Source: Enterococcus phoeniculicola ATCC BAA-412
GTDB taxonomy: Bacteria; Bacillota; Bacilli; Lactobacillales; Enterococcaceae
Length of the DNA: 24,000 nt
NCBI RefSeq assembly: GCF_000407505.1
Contig: NZ_ASWE01000001.1
Location: 159,324 to 183,323, forward strand
Direction: 5' to 3'
Part shown: positions 7,876-17,331 of the stretch, piece by piece
How the letters are laid out: the number at the start of each line of letters is the position of its first letter
Numbering within the stretch: position 1 is the stretch's first letter
Made by a program: the position numbers and the translations under genes
Notes under the pieces: model-generated
What the model saw: the letters and a program-made list of their open reading frames with translations, nothing else
The model's database searches: none
What the model was told of the DNA's origin: nothing

Positions 7876-8976
7876 ATGGATCACTTCAATGAAATGGATA
7901 TGACATTACTAAAACGTTTGTCAGAAGCTGACGGAATCGGTGGAATGGAACGAGAAGTGAGCAGAATTGTTACGTCATACGGAGAAAAATATAGTGATGA
8001 AATCCAATACGATCATTTAGGTTCAGTTATTTTAAAAAGAAGTGGCGAGCAAAAGGGTCCGAAAATTATGTTGTCCAGTCATATGGATGAAGTCGGATTT
8101 ATGGTTCGAAGTATTACCGAAGAGGGCTATGTAAACCTGCTTCCTGTTGGTGGGTGGTGGGGACATGTAATGCCTGCTCAGGAAATGACAATTACTACTT
8201 CTAAAGGAAAGAAAATTATCGGTGTAGTGGGCTCCAGAGCTCCCCACGGATTACCTGAGGAAATAAAAGAAAAAGTAATGAAACCACTGGATCTATATTT
8301 AGATTTGGGTTGCCCATCAAAAAAAGTAGTTGAAGATTTAGGTGTCCAGATTGGCGATATGATTACACCCAATGTTCAATTCCGAGAGATGAATGATACC
8401 GATTATTTAATGGGAAAGGCGTGGGATGACCGCTGCTGTGTAGGTGTTGGACTCGAAGTATTAAAACAGTTAAGCAGAGGGACTCATGAAAGTACGGTGT
8501 ATTTTGCTGCAACTACCCAAGAAGAAGTGGGGATAAGAGGAGCGAGAACGGCGGTTCATACGATTAAGCCTGATGTTGCGATTGCTTTAGATGTAACTAC
8601 GGCAACAGATACACCTTTTGATCGTGCAGGAATGAATTTAGGAGAAGGTGTCGTTTTATCTATACTAGATTCGCTTACTATTGGAAATAGCGGACTCGTT
8701 GAAATGATGGAAGAAATAGTCAAGGATCTTAACTTGGATGTCCGTTATGACTTTATGACTGTTGGCGGAACAGATGCCTGCAATATTCACAAAATGTTAG
8801 ATGGTGTAATCAGTATGACAATTTCTATACCTACACGCTATATGCATTCTCCAAGATTAATGATTCATAAAAAAGATTATATTCAAACGATTCAATTAGT
8901 GACAGAATTCTGCCGAAGATTAGACTGGATGAAAGTGGATCAGTTAAAAGCAGCTGTTGGTATCATACAGGAGTAA
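7876..8976 (+). CDS. M42-family glutamyl/leucyl-type aminopeptidase (FrvX/YsdC/TET-like), canonical ligands
   Basis: All canonical M42 motifs are present: SHMDEVGF, KAWDDRCC, TTQEEVGIRGA, IALDVT and RYMHSP. A GAGGGGGG SD lies upstream. Confidence 0.88.
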   Translation: MDHFNEMDMTLLKRLSEADGIGGMEREVSRIVTSYGEKYSDEIQYDHLGSVILKRSGEQKGPKIMLSSHMDEVGFMVRSITEEGYVNLLPVGGWWGHVMPAQEMTITTSKGKKIIGVVGSRAPHGLPEEIKEKVMKPLDLYLDLGCPSKKVVEDLGVQIGDMITPNVQFREMNDTDYLMGKAWDDRCCVGVGLEVLKQLSRGTHESTVYFAATTQEEVGIRGARTAVHTIKPDVAIALDVTTATDTPFDRAGMNLGEGVVLSILDSLTIGNSGLVEMMEEIVKDLNLDVRYDFMTVGGTDACNIHKMLDGVISMTISIPTRYMHSPRLMIHKKDYIQTIQLVTEFCRRLDWMKVDQLKAAVGIIQE

Positions 8977-9002
8977 CGATAGAATTTGTGAGGTGAAAAC
9001 AG

Positions 9003-9317
9003 ATGAATGATGAACAATTACAAATTATTATGGGCCTAATCATCAATGCTGGAAATGCAAAAGGAGAAGCGGTAGAAGCCTTAAAAGCAGCAAAAAAAGG
9101 TGACTTTCTACTTGCGGAAGAAAAAATGGCTGCAGGAAGAGCAGCATTAGTAGAGGCGCATAATACTCAGACTGGACTCTTGGTGGAAGAAGCAAGTGGA
9201 AATCATGCCACGATTACGTTACTTATGGTTCATAGTCAGGATCACCTGATGAATGCCATCTCTTATTTGGATTTAACGCAGGAATTAATTGATATTCACA
9301 AAAGACTATCTGAATAG
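9003..9317 (+). CDS. PTS lactose/cellobiose-family EIIA
   Basis: 104 aa helical protein with the phospho-histidine region LLMVHSQDHLM and the typical N-terminus IIMGLIINAGNAK. Confidence 0.9.
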   Translation: MNDEQLQIIMGLIINAGNAKGEAVEALKAAKKGDFLLAEEKMAAGRAALVEAHNTQTGLLVEEASGNHATITLLMVHSQDHLMNAISYLDLTQELIDIHKRLSE

Positions 9318-9358
9318 AGACGAATTTTCATAGAAGAGACTGGATTCATAGAACAAGA

Positions 9359-9419
9359 AAGATGTCGGAACAAACACCTCTGAGGGCGAAATCCTCATGA
9401 GTGTTTGTCTCGACATCTT
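9359..9419 (+). terminator. Very long, near-perfect hairpin downstream of the PTS operon (probable terminator / RNA-stabilising stem-loop)
   Basis: AAGATGTCGGAACAAACAC (9359-9377) pairs with GTGTTTGTCTCGACATCTT (9401-9419), with one mismatch and one G-U. An inner TGAGG/CCTCA stem closes it. The 3' tail GTTTAGGTTTC is only modestly T-rich. Confidence 0.5.
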
Positions 9420-9472
9420 GTTTAGGTTTCTGGGAGATAAGAGAAGAAACTACTTCGTTATGGACATAATCA

Positions 9473-9481
9473 TGGTATAAT
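9473..9481 (+). promoter_or_regulatory. Extended -10 promoter element in the CRISPR leader
   Basis: TGgTATAAT is a perfect TGnTATAAT match, about 135 nt upstream of the first repeat and oriented toward the array. Confidence 0.5.
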
Positions 9482-9614
9482 TGATGGGAAGTATATGGGA
9501 AATGTTCCTTGATAATCACATATTCAAGATAATATGAAGTATTCAAAACTGAAGTCTTGCTATGGACAAATGGCGCGATTACGGGATTTCGCAGAGAAAG
9601 AAAATGGCTGCGAG

Positions 9615-9980
9615 GTTTTAGAGCCATGTTGAATTGAATGCTTCCAAAACAATTTTTGCATTCGAACCTGTTGGATCCTTGTTTTAGAGCCATGTTGAAT
9701 TGAATGCTTCCAAAACGAGTGCAAGCTGAAGACAGTCATTCTGATTGTTTTAGAGCCATGTTGAATTGAATGCTTCCAAAACACTAAACACTGACGAGCT
9801 TTTATACATTGAGTTTTAGAGCCATGTTGAATTGAATGCTTCCAAAACTATTAAGCTGGAATTTTGTACAGTGATAGAGTTTTAGAGCCATGTTGAATTG
9901 AATGCTTCCAAAACGACATTATCAATTTCTGTTTCGCTCATTTGGTTTTAGAGCCATGTTGGATTGAATATTTTCCATGT
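9615..9980 (+). CRISPR. CRISPR array, 6 repeats / 5 spacers, type II-A-like repeat, no adjacent cas genes
   Basis: The 36-bp repeat GTTTTAGAGCCATGTTGAATTGAATGCTTCCAAAAC starts at 9615, 9681, 9747, 9813 and 9879 (all identical). A degenerate terminal copy starts at 9945 (first 17 nt identical, 8 mismatches after). The five unique spacers are exactly 30 bp each. Orientation follows from the degenerate repeat at the distal end and the AT-rich leader at 9421-9614. Confidence 0.97.
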
Positions 9981-10234
9981 AACTAAGTTATCATTGTCAA
10001 TAGATTCTGTGAATAGAAATTAAACAGTCTAGGATAGTTTAGGTAGTTATTGTTCACTGAGAACGTATAGAATTTCTTGAATATGCCCATATTGATGTCA
10101 ATTTCATGGTTCTTTCTCTAAACTTACGAGATGAAACTGTAGACTTAACTTGATAGTCTTAAATGAGAGAGAGAATTATTCCACTTATTTGAAAACGTTT
10201 CCTTTTTTGTAGATGATTTTAAAGGTGATTACTT

Positions 10235-10837
10235 ATGTCAATTAATTCAAAGAAAGCAATATTTCTCAGTGGATGGATATTCATATATTCCCTACTGTAT
10301 TCTTCAACTGTATTCTTCCGTTTTGATAGTGATGTTATCAAACTTCTATTTGTAATATTCGGTTTTTTTCTATTTAGAAAAGATATATTCAAGCAAACTA
10401 AAAACACGAATCACATTAGATTAGGGTTTATTTCTGTTATTTCAGCAATTATTATCTTCATAGTTGTCTATTTATTTTATAAAAGTCTCTACAATGACGT
10501 ACGTTTCCAAAATCCGGTTTTTTCGAATAATTTAATTGAAGTGGCTAAATATTTAATTTTAGCTCCTTTATTTGAAGAATTAGTGTATAGGTATTCTTTA
10601 ATAGTTATTTCAGCTAATCATAAAATGCTGAATGGTGCCTCTATAATAATATCTTCTATTTTGTTTTCTTATGCCCATAGATTTGTAGTAAATGGACAAA
10701 TTATGTTACTTCTCCAATTTACTATACTAGGACTAGGTTTAGGAATCCTATACTTGAAAGAAAAAAATCTATTGCTGCCAATGTATATTCATTTTTTTTA
10801 CAATCTATTAATCATTCTCATTTCTAACTTCAAATAA
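10235..10837 (+). CDS. CPBP-family intramembrane glutamic endopeptidase (CAAX protease / Abi, bacteriocin self-immunity type)
   Basis: The three CPBP motifs are present: FEELVYRY (EExxxR), FSYAH (FxxxH) and HFFYN (HxxxN). The protein has multiple hydrophobic segments. The gene is visibly more AT-rich than its flanks. An AAAGGTGA SD lies upstream. Confidence 0.85.
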   Translation: MSINSKKAIFLSGWIFIYSLLYSSTVFFRFDSDVIKLLFVIFGFFLFRKDIFKQTKNTNHIRLGFISVISAIIIFIVVYLFYKSLYNDVRFQNPVFSNNLIEVAKYLILAPLFEELVYRYSLIVISANHKMLNGASIIISSILFSYAHRFVVNGQIMLLLQFTILGLGLGILYLKEKNLLLPMYIHFFYNLLIILISNFK

Positions 10838-10984
10838 TAAATTTCATGTTACTTTTGTAATAAAAGGTACGATAATGACTCGGAATAAAATGGCAAAGAA
10901 TAATCATTAGGGATTATGCGCGTGAGGGAGGAAAAATTCTTTGTAAATATTGGTTCTTTATCAATAAGAATGAATGACTGAGTT

Positions 10985-11032
10985 AAAAAATCCAGAATCA
11001 AGAGAGTATTCTTTTGATTCTGGATTTTTTTT
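10985..11032. terminator. Strong bidirectional rho-independent terminator
   Basis: A perfect 12-bp stem ATCCAGAATCAA / TTGATTCTGGAT is preceded by A6 and followed by T8. Confidence 0.8.
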
Positions 11033-11395
11033 ATTTCAATTAACCTATGCATCAAAAAATTTTTAAATTTCATGTTCTCCAATTATTTAAATTCTTGATA
11101 AATATGAAAATGATCAATGACTTTGCTTGTGGGAATACGTTCTTGGCTAGTTGGAAATAAACAATATTCATATCTGTCATTAGAAAACTTCTAGGAGACG
11201 AATAATGGTGATTGATGAAACTTAGCAATCCTTCATAAAAAAGAGCAATACTTTTCAAATAACCAGTCGATATTTTAAAGGTCACATGCGTAGCGATTGA
11301 ATAGTTTGGGTGTACAAAATAATAGTAATCCAGCCTTTTTTAGAATCCATAACTTTGAGTTGTCTATTGAATGTTAAAGAAACGGTCTATAGGAA

Positions 11396-11428
11396 ATTCA
11401 CTTTCTGAGGAAGTGAATCGTTGTTTTT
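11396..11428 (+). terminator. Terminator-like hairpin upstream of the EIIA gene
   Basis: 8-bp stem ATTCACTT / AAGTGAAT, 7-nt loop, then CGTTGTTTTT. No obvious + strand gene feeds into it. Confidence 0.4.
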
Positions 11429-11471
11429 GAGTGCCAATGTATGGACTTTAGTCCATTAAAGATGGATTGCC

Positions 11472-11500
11472 TTGCGTATAAGTATATTGCCATTTAAATT
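11472..11500 (+). promoter_or_regulatory. Candidate sigma-A promoter for the alpha-glucoside PTS operon
   Basis: TTGCGT - 17 nt - TAAATT, ending 24 nt before the ATG at 11524. A 6-4-6 palindrome ATGGACtttaGTCCAT lies just upstream at 11441-11456. Confidence 0.3.
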
Positions 11501-11523
11501 GAGGAGAGAAGGGAGGGGATACG

Positions 11524-11997
11524 ATGTTTTTGAAAAAGAAGACAAAAATATATGCGCCGATTGAAGGAAAGCTTGTTGCTCTATCTTCTGTCGAGGATGA
11601 GGTGTTCTCTAGCGGAATGATGGGGCAAGGTTTTGCCATTGAACCTGTATCAGAGACGGTTGTTGCCCCAGCAGATGCTGAAATCGTCAGTGCAAATGAG
11701 AAGATGCGTCATGCCATTGGACTTCGTTTAAAAAATGGTTGCGAACTTTTGATTCATGTGGGGATTGATACGGTTTCTTTAAAGAATCAGGGGTTTTCAG
11801 TTTTGGTAAATGAGGGCGATAAAGTAAAAAAAGGCGAGCCACTGTTGACGTTTGATAGCCAATTAATTAAAGAAGCGGGATTGCAAAAGACGGTTCTGTT
11901 GATCGTGACCGATCCAAAAGAACTGTCTTTAGAAAATGGAATATCAAGTTTAGAGAGGGTAAAAGCTGGCGATTCTTTAGTAATGGTTCTGAAGTAA
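11524..11997 (+). CDS. PTS glucose-family EIIA (Crr-like), stand-alone
   Basis: 157 aa with the EIIA-Glc signatures VFSSGMMGQGFAI, HAIGL and LIHVGIDTV (the two active-site His residues). A GGGAGGGG SD lies upstream. Confidence 0.9.
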   Translation: MFLKKKTKIYAPIEGKLVALSSVEDEVFSSGMMGQGFAIEPVSETVVAPADAEIVSANEKMRHAIGLRLKNGCELLIHVGIDTVSLKNQGFSVLVNEGDKVKKGEPLLTFDSQLIKEAGLQKTVLLIVTDPKELSLENGISSLERVKAGDSLVMVLK

Positions 11998-12180
11998 ATA
12001 GAAATACGCCTCTTGTTCATATCAAACGTATCTACCTGTTAGAAATGAATCATCTTTTTATTTTTTGGTTTCTATCCGTGGACCTTGGTCCAAAGAGCTG
12101 AGAAAACATTGTAACTGTTTTCATAAGTTGCTAGTCTTAGGATAAGAGATACGTATACTCAATAAAATGAATGGAGAGAA

Positions 12181-15110
<2,930 letters not shown>

Positions 15111-15124
15111 ATTTTGTGAAAAAA

Positions 15125-15160
15125 GTATTGATGGTTGGCAACAATCATTGATGCTTTTTT
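15125..15160 (+). terminator. Rho-independent terminator after the GH4 gene
   Basis: 13-bp stem GTATTGATGGTTG / CAATCATTGATGC (includes 4 G-U pairs), GCAA loop, then T6. Confidence 0.55.
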
Positions 15161-15236
15161 CCTTAAGCTTATTTTAGATGAGTTGAATTTGTTTTTTTAT
15201 GGGGTAAAATAAAAAGAAACTGTAAGGAGGATGGCG

Positions 15237-16001
15237 ATGCTTTTTTCTGATATTGTCAATCAACATTATGAAAATTTAAATGAAGTTGACCTTCAAATGG
15301 TGGCGTATATTCATGAACATCCTAAAGAAATGATTTCGATGAGCACGAATGATTTTGCGAAGGTTTGTCATTCTTCAAAATCATCAGTCATTCGTTTTAC
15401 ACAGAAGCTGGGTTTTACTGGTTTTAGTGAATTGCGAAATTTTTTAAAGTGGCAAAGTCGCCCCAATGATGTAACAAAAGAGGCAGCATTCAAGAAAAGA
15501 ATTTTTTCTGATGCGGAGAAAACGATAAAGTACCTTGAAGATAATAAGTGGGAAAATATATATCAGGCGCTGAAAAAAAGCCGAAATGTGTACTTACTAG
15601 GAACCGGTGTTACGCAACAAAATCAAGCAGCAGAATTACAGCGGTTGTTGTTGTTAATCGGCAAACCTGCACAAATGATTCCAGCCTCTTCGCAATCCAA
15701 TGAATTTAAACGAATTGTCGAGAATATTACAGAGGAGGATTTGATTTTTGTGTTGTCATTATCAGGTGAAAATCAGCATCTTTTGAATGTGCTAAATGTT
15801 CTTTCAACTCACCGCTCGACCATTGTTTCAATTACGAATATGCAAAATAATTTGTTATCTGGCAGAGCAGATTACTCCTTATATGCATCTAGTAGCCGAA
15901 GCCCAAATCCCACTGATTGGTGGTTGCAAACTTCCTCTTCTTTCTTCTTGCTGATAGAGGCTTTTGCTTTTGGATACGTCGATTATTGTCAAGAAAACTA
16001 G
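15237..16001 (+). CDS. RpiR/MurR-family transcriptional regulator (HTH_6 + SIS domain), GlvR-like
   Basis: It has an N-terminal HTH (NDFAKVCHSSKSSVIRFTQKLGFTGFSELRNFL) and a C-terminal SIS-type fold (VYLLGTGVTQ ... FVLSLSGEN). The ORF track starts at ATG 15231, which directly abuts the AGGAGG SD. ATG 15237, 6 nt after the SD, is the more likely start. Confidence 0.85.
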   Translation: MLFSDIVNQHYENLNEVDLQMVAYIHEHPKEMISMSTNDFAKVCHSSKSSVIRFTQKLGFTGFSELRNFLKWQSRPNDVTKEAAFKKRIFSDAEKTIKYLEDNKWENIYQALKKSRNVYLLGTGVTQQNQAAELQRLLLLIGKPAQMIPASSQSNEFKRIVENITEEDLIFVLSLSGENQHLLNVLNVLSTHRSTIVSITNMQNNLLSGRADYSLYASSSRSPNPTDWWLQTSSSFFLLIEAFAFGYVDYCQEN

Positions 16002-16123
16002 AGACTAGCTAACTGATTCACTAATCTAATGATTAGGCAGCCGCTACTTAAAAGAGCGTTCGTAAGAAATAGTGCTTAGGTGGAAAAATGAAGGATATAT
16101 TTATCACTAAATAAGAAAATAAA

Positions 16124-16152
16124 TTGATATTAATATTTTCGCGTGCTATTCT
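16124..16152 (+). promoter_or_regulatory. Candidate promoter of the unknown two-gene cassette
   Basis: TTGATA - 17 nt - TATTCT, with a TGc extended -10 dinucleotide immediately upstream of the -10 box. Confidence 0.35.
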
Positions 16153-16221
16153 AAATTTAAATACTTTGTGAGTAAGAAACCGATTTTCTTGATTACTTTG
16201 TCTAAAAAAGGAGTGCTATGT

Positions 16222-16404
16222 ATGAAACGTCTTTTAAACGGTGGAATGCTGCGGTTATCTTTTTCTTTTGTAAATGAGCGCTACTGTAATGCTAAACGCA
16301 ATGGAAGACTCTGTATTATAGGACATACTAATGATTTCTGGAGTACATCTTTTCATTCACATGATATATCTGCCGATAATTTCTTTACTATGAGGGGGAT
16401 ATGA
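16222..16404 (+). CDS. Hypothetical small protein (60 aa; basic, Cys/His-containing), translationally coupled to the next gene
   Basis: ATG 16222 lies 8 nt after the AAGGAG SD; the longer GTG 16168 start has no SD. The stop TGA at 16402-16404 overlaps the ATGATG start region of the downstream ORF. I recognise no family. Confidence 0.35.
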   Translation: MKRLLNGGMLRLSFSFVNERYCNAKRNGRLCIIGHTNDFWSTSFHSHDISADNFFTMRGI

Positions 16405-16850
16405 TGAATAGAGTATCTAAAAATAAATATAAGTGGGTCTTACTATTTTCTCTTATTTTTCTAGTAACTTCCTTTTTCTTAATAAAACATTATTATGCAA
16501 AAAAAATTAATATTTCTGTCGGGCGTTCTGAAGAATTTACAGTTTCTGAGGTGAGAGAAGCGATAGACCAAACAATTTTTTATTTTAAAGAAAGTGAACC
16601 CGAGAGCACAATCACTGATATATCGTATGATGAAAAAGCTTCTAATGAGGTTCTAGTGACTGATACCCAATATGAAAAAGGGTTTAATTCAAAACCACGT
16701 AATGTGATGGTTCTTTACATAAATATCTATTCAAGTGTCCCCTTTTTAGAATCCCCCACCTCTTTAACAAATAGAGAGGACATGAGGGTCTATTTAGTTA
16801 GAAAAGATAAAACTAGTGATTGGAAAGTTGTAAATCACGGGTTTGGATAA
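16401..16850 (+). CDS. Hypothetical membrane-anchored protein; the extracytoplasmic ~110-aa domain resembles DUF4829-type proteins
   Basis: It has an N-terminal anchor KYKWVLLFSLIFLVTSFFLI. The C-terminal pattern ISYDEK...NVMVLY...VYLVRKDKTSDWKVVNHGFG recalls small clostridial/enterococcal DUF4829 proteins (from memory, unverified). A GAGGGGG SD lies upstream. Confidence 0.6.
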   Translation: MMNRVSKNKYKWVLLFSLIFLVTSFFLIKHYYAKKINISVGRSEEFTVSEVREAIDQTIFYFKESEPESTITDISYDEKASNEVLVTDTQYEKGFNSKPRNVMVLYINIYSSVPFLESPTSLTNREDMRVYLVRKDKTSDWKVVNHGFG

Positions 16851-16879
16851 AAACGAAACAATCAACAAATAAGGTATAT

Positions 16880-16955
16880 GGATATACTCCCAACATAGTA
16901 AACATTGGAAAGCAAAAATTTCTAATCTTCTACGTTGGGAGTGTTTTATATATCC
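16880..16955. other. Long-range hairpin / possible structured RNA 30 nt after the cassette stop
   Basis: ACTCCCAAC (16886-16894) pairs perfectly with GTTGGGAGT (16934-16942), and GGATAT (16880-16885) pairs with ATATCC (16950-16955). The loop is 39 nt. T-rich sequence follows only on the minus-strand reading. Confidence 0.35.
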
Positions 16956-17211
16956 AAAAGAATAAAGTGTCCATAGAAACAACTGCTGGGGCATTGGAAG
17001 AAAATGAACTACTTGCAATGAAAGTAAGAGCTTTATGAAAAAAAGTATCTAAAACGAACCAGTATCTTTTCCTGTAGTTTTCCGAACTGATGGATTTAAG
17101 CCTATTTGATAGAAAAATGAGGAAGCTAGTACTGATTTTTTTATTTAAAATCTCCTTTTTTTGAATTATTCTACACATTTTCTAAAGAATAGTTTATGAT
17201 GAATGAGAAGA

Positions 17212-17254
17212 AAGGGGGTTCTTGAGCCCCTTGGCGAGGGCTATTTTCCCTTTT
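17212..17254 (+). terminator. Tandem GC-rich hairpins, weak terminator candidate upstream of the AraC gene
   Basis: AAGGGG-9nt-CCCCTT is followed by AGGG-7nt-CCCT and then TTTT. Confidence 0.3.
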
Positions 17255-17331
17255 GGCTAGTTGAAAATTTTCCCTAGTTGTACAAGGATTTGACATGTTT
17301 TTGAATATATAAACATTAAGGGGTGGGACAT

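Noticed and set aside
9346-9784. Minus-strand ORFs of 115 aa and 74 aa (9346-9693 and 9560-9784) containing the repeated peptide FWKHSIQHGSKT
   Set aside because: The repeated peptide is simply the reverse-strand translation of the CRISPR repeat. The ORFs have no SD and are artefacts of the array.
10098-10123. Possible tracrRNA anti-repeat or inverted degenerate repeat: TCAATTTCATGGTTCTTTCTCTAAAC shares three collinear blocks (TCAATT, CATGG, CTCTAAAC) with the reverse complement of the CRISPR repeat
   Set aside because: Only about 19 matched nt, interrupted by indels, in AT-rich DNA. There is no nexus-like or robust terminator hairpin structure downstream and no cas9. I cannot distinguish it from chance or a decayed repeat without an alignment statistic or RNA data.
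10189-10203. TTGAAAACGTTTCCT fits the loose cre consensus WTGNAANCGNWNNCW upstream of the CPBP gene
   Set aside because: It has two mismatches to the stricter TGWAANCGNTNWCA form. It lies in an AT-rich region and there is no carbon-metabolism gene to regulate. It could equally be a weak hairpin plus T-tract.
10849-11285. Two minus-strand ORFs (77 aa and 71 aa) that could be read as a frameshifted gene
   Set aside because: The first contains the perfect bidirectional terminator palindrome, which accounts for KKIQNQKNTLLILDFL. Neither has an SD or a recognisable motif. They are most likely spurious or a highly degraded relic.
16820-17178. Overlapping ORFs 16820-17038 (+), 16794-17018 (-) and 16930-17178 (-)
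   Set aside because: They are mutually exclusive and have no SD at sensible spacing. They span the long hairpin and have low-complexity AT-rich codons. The region is treated as non-coding or possibly structured RNA.
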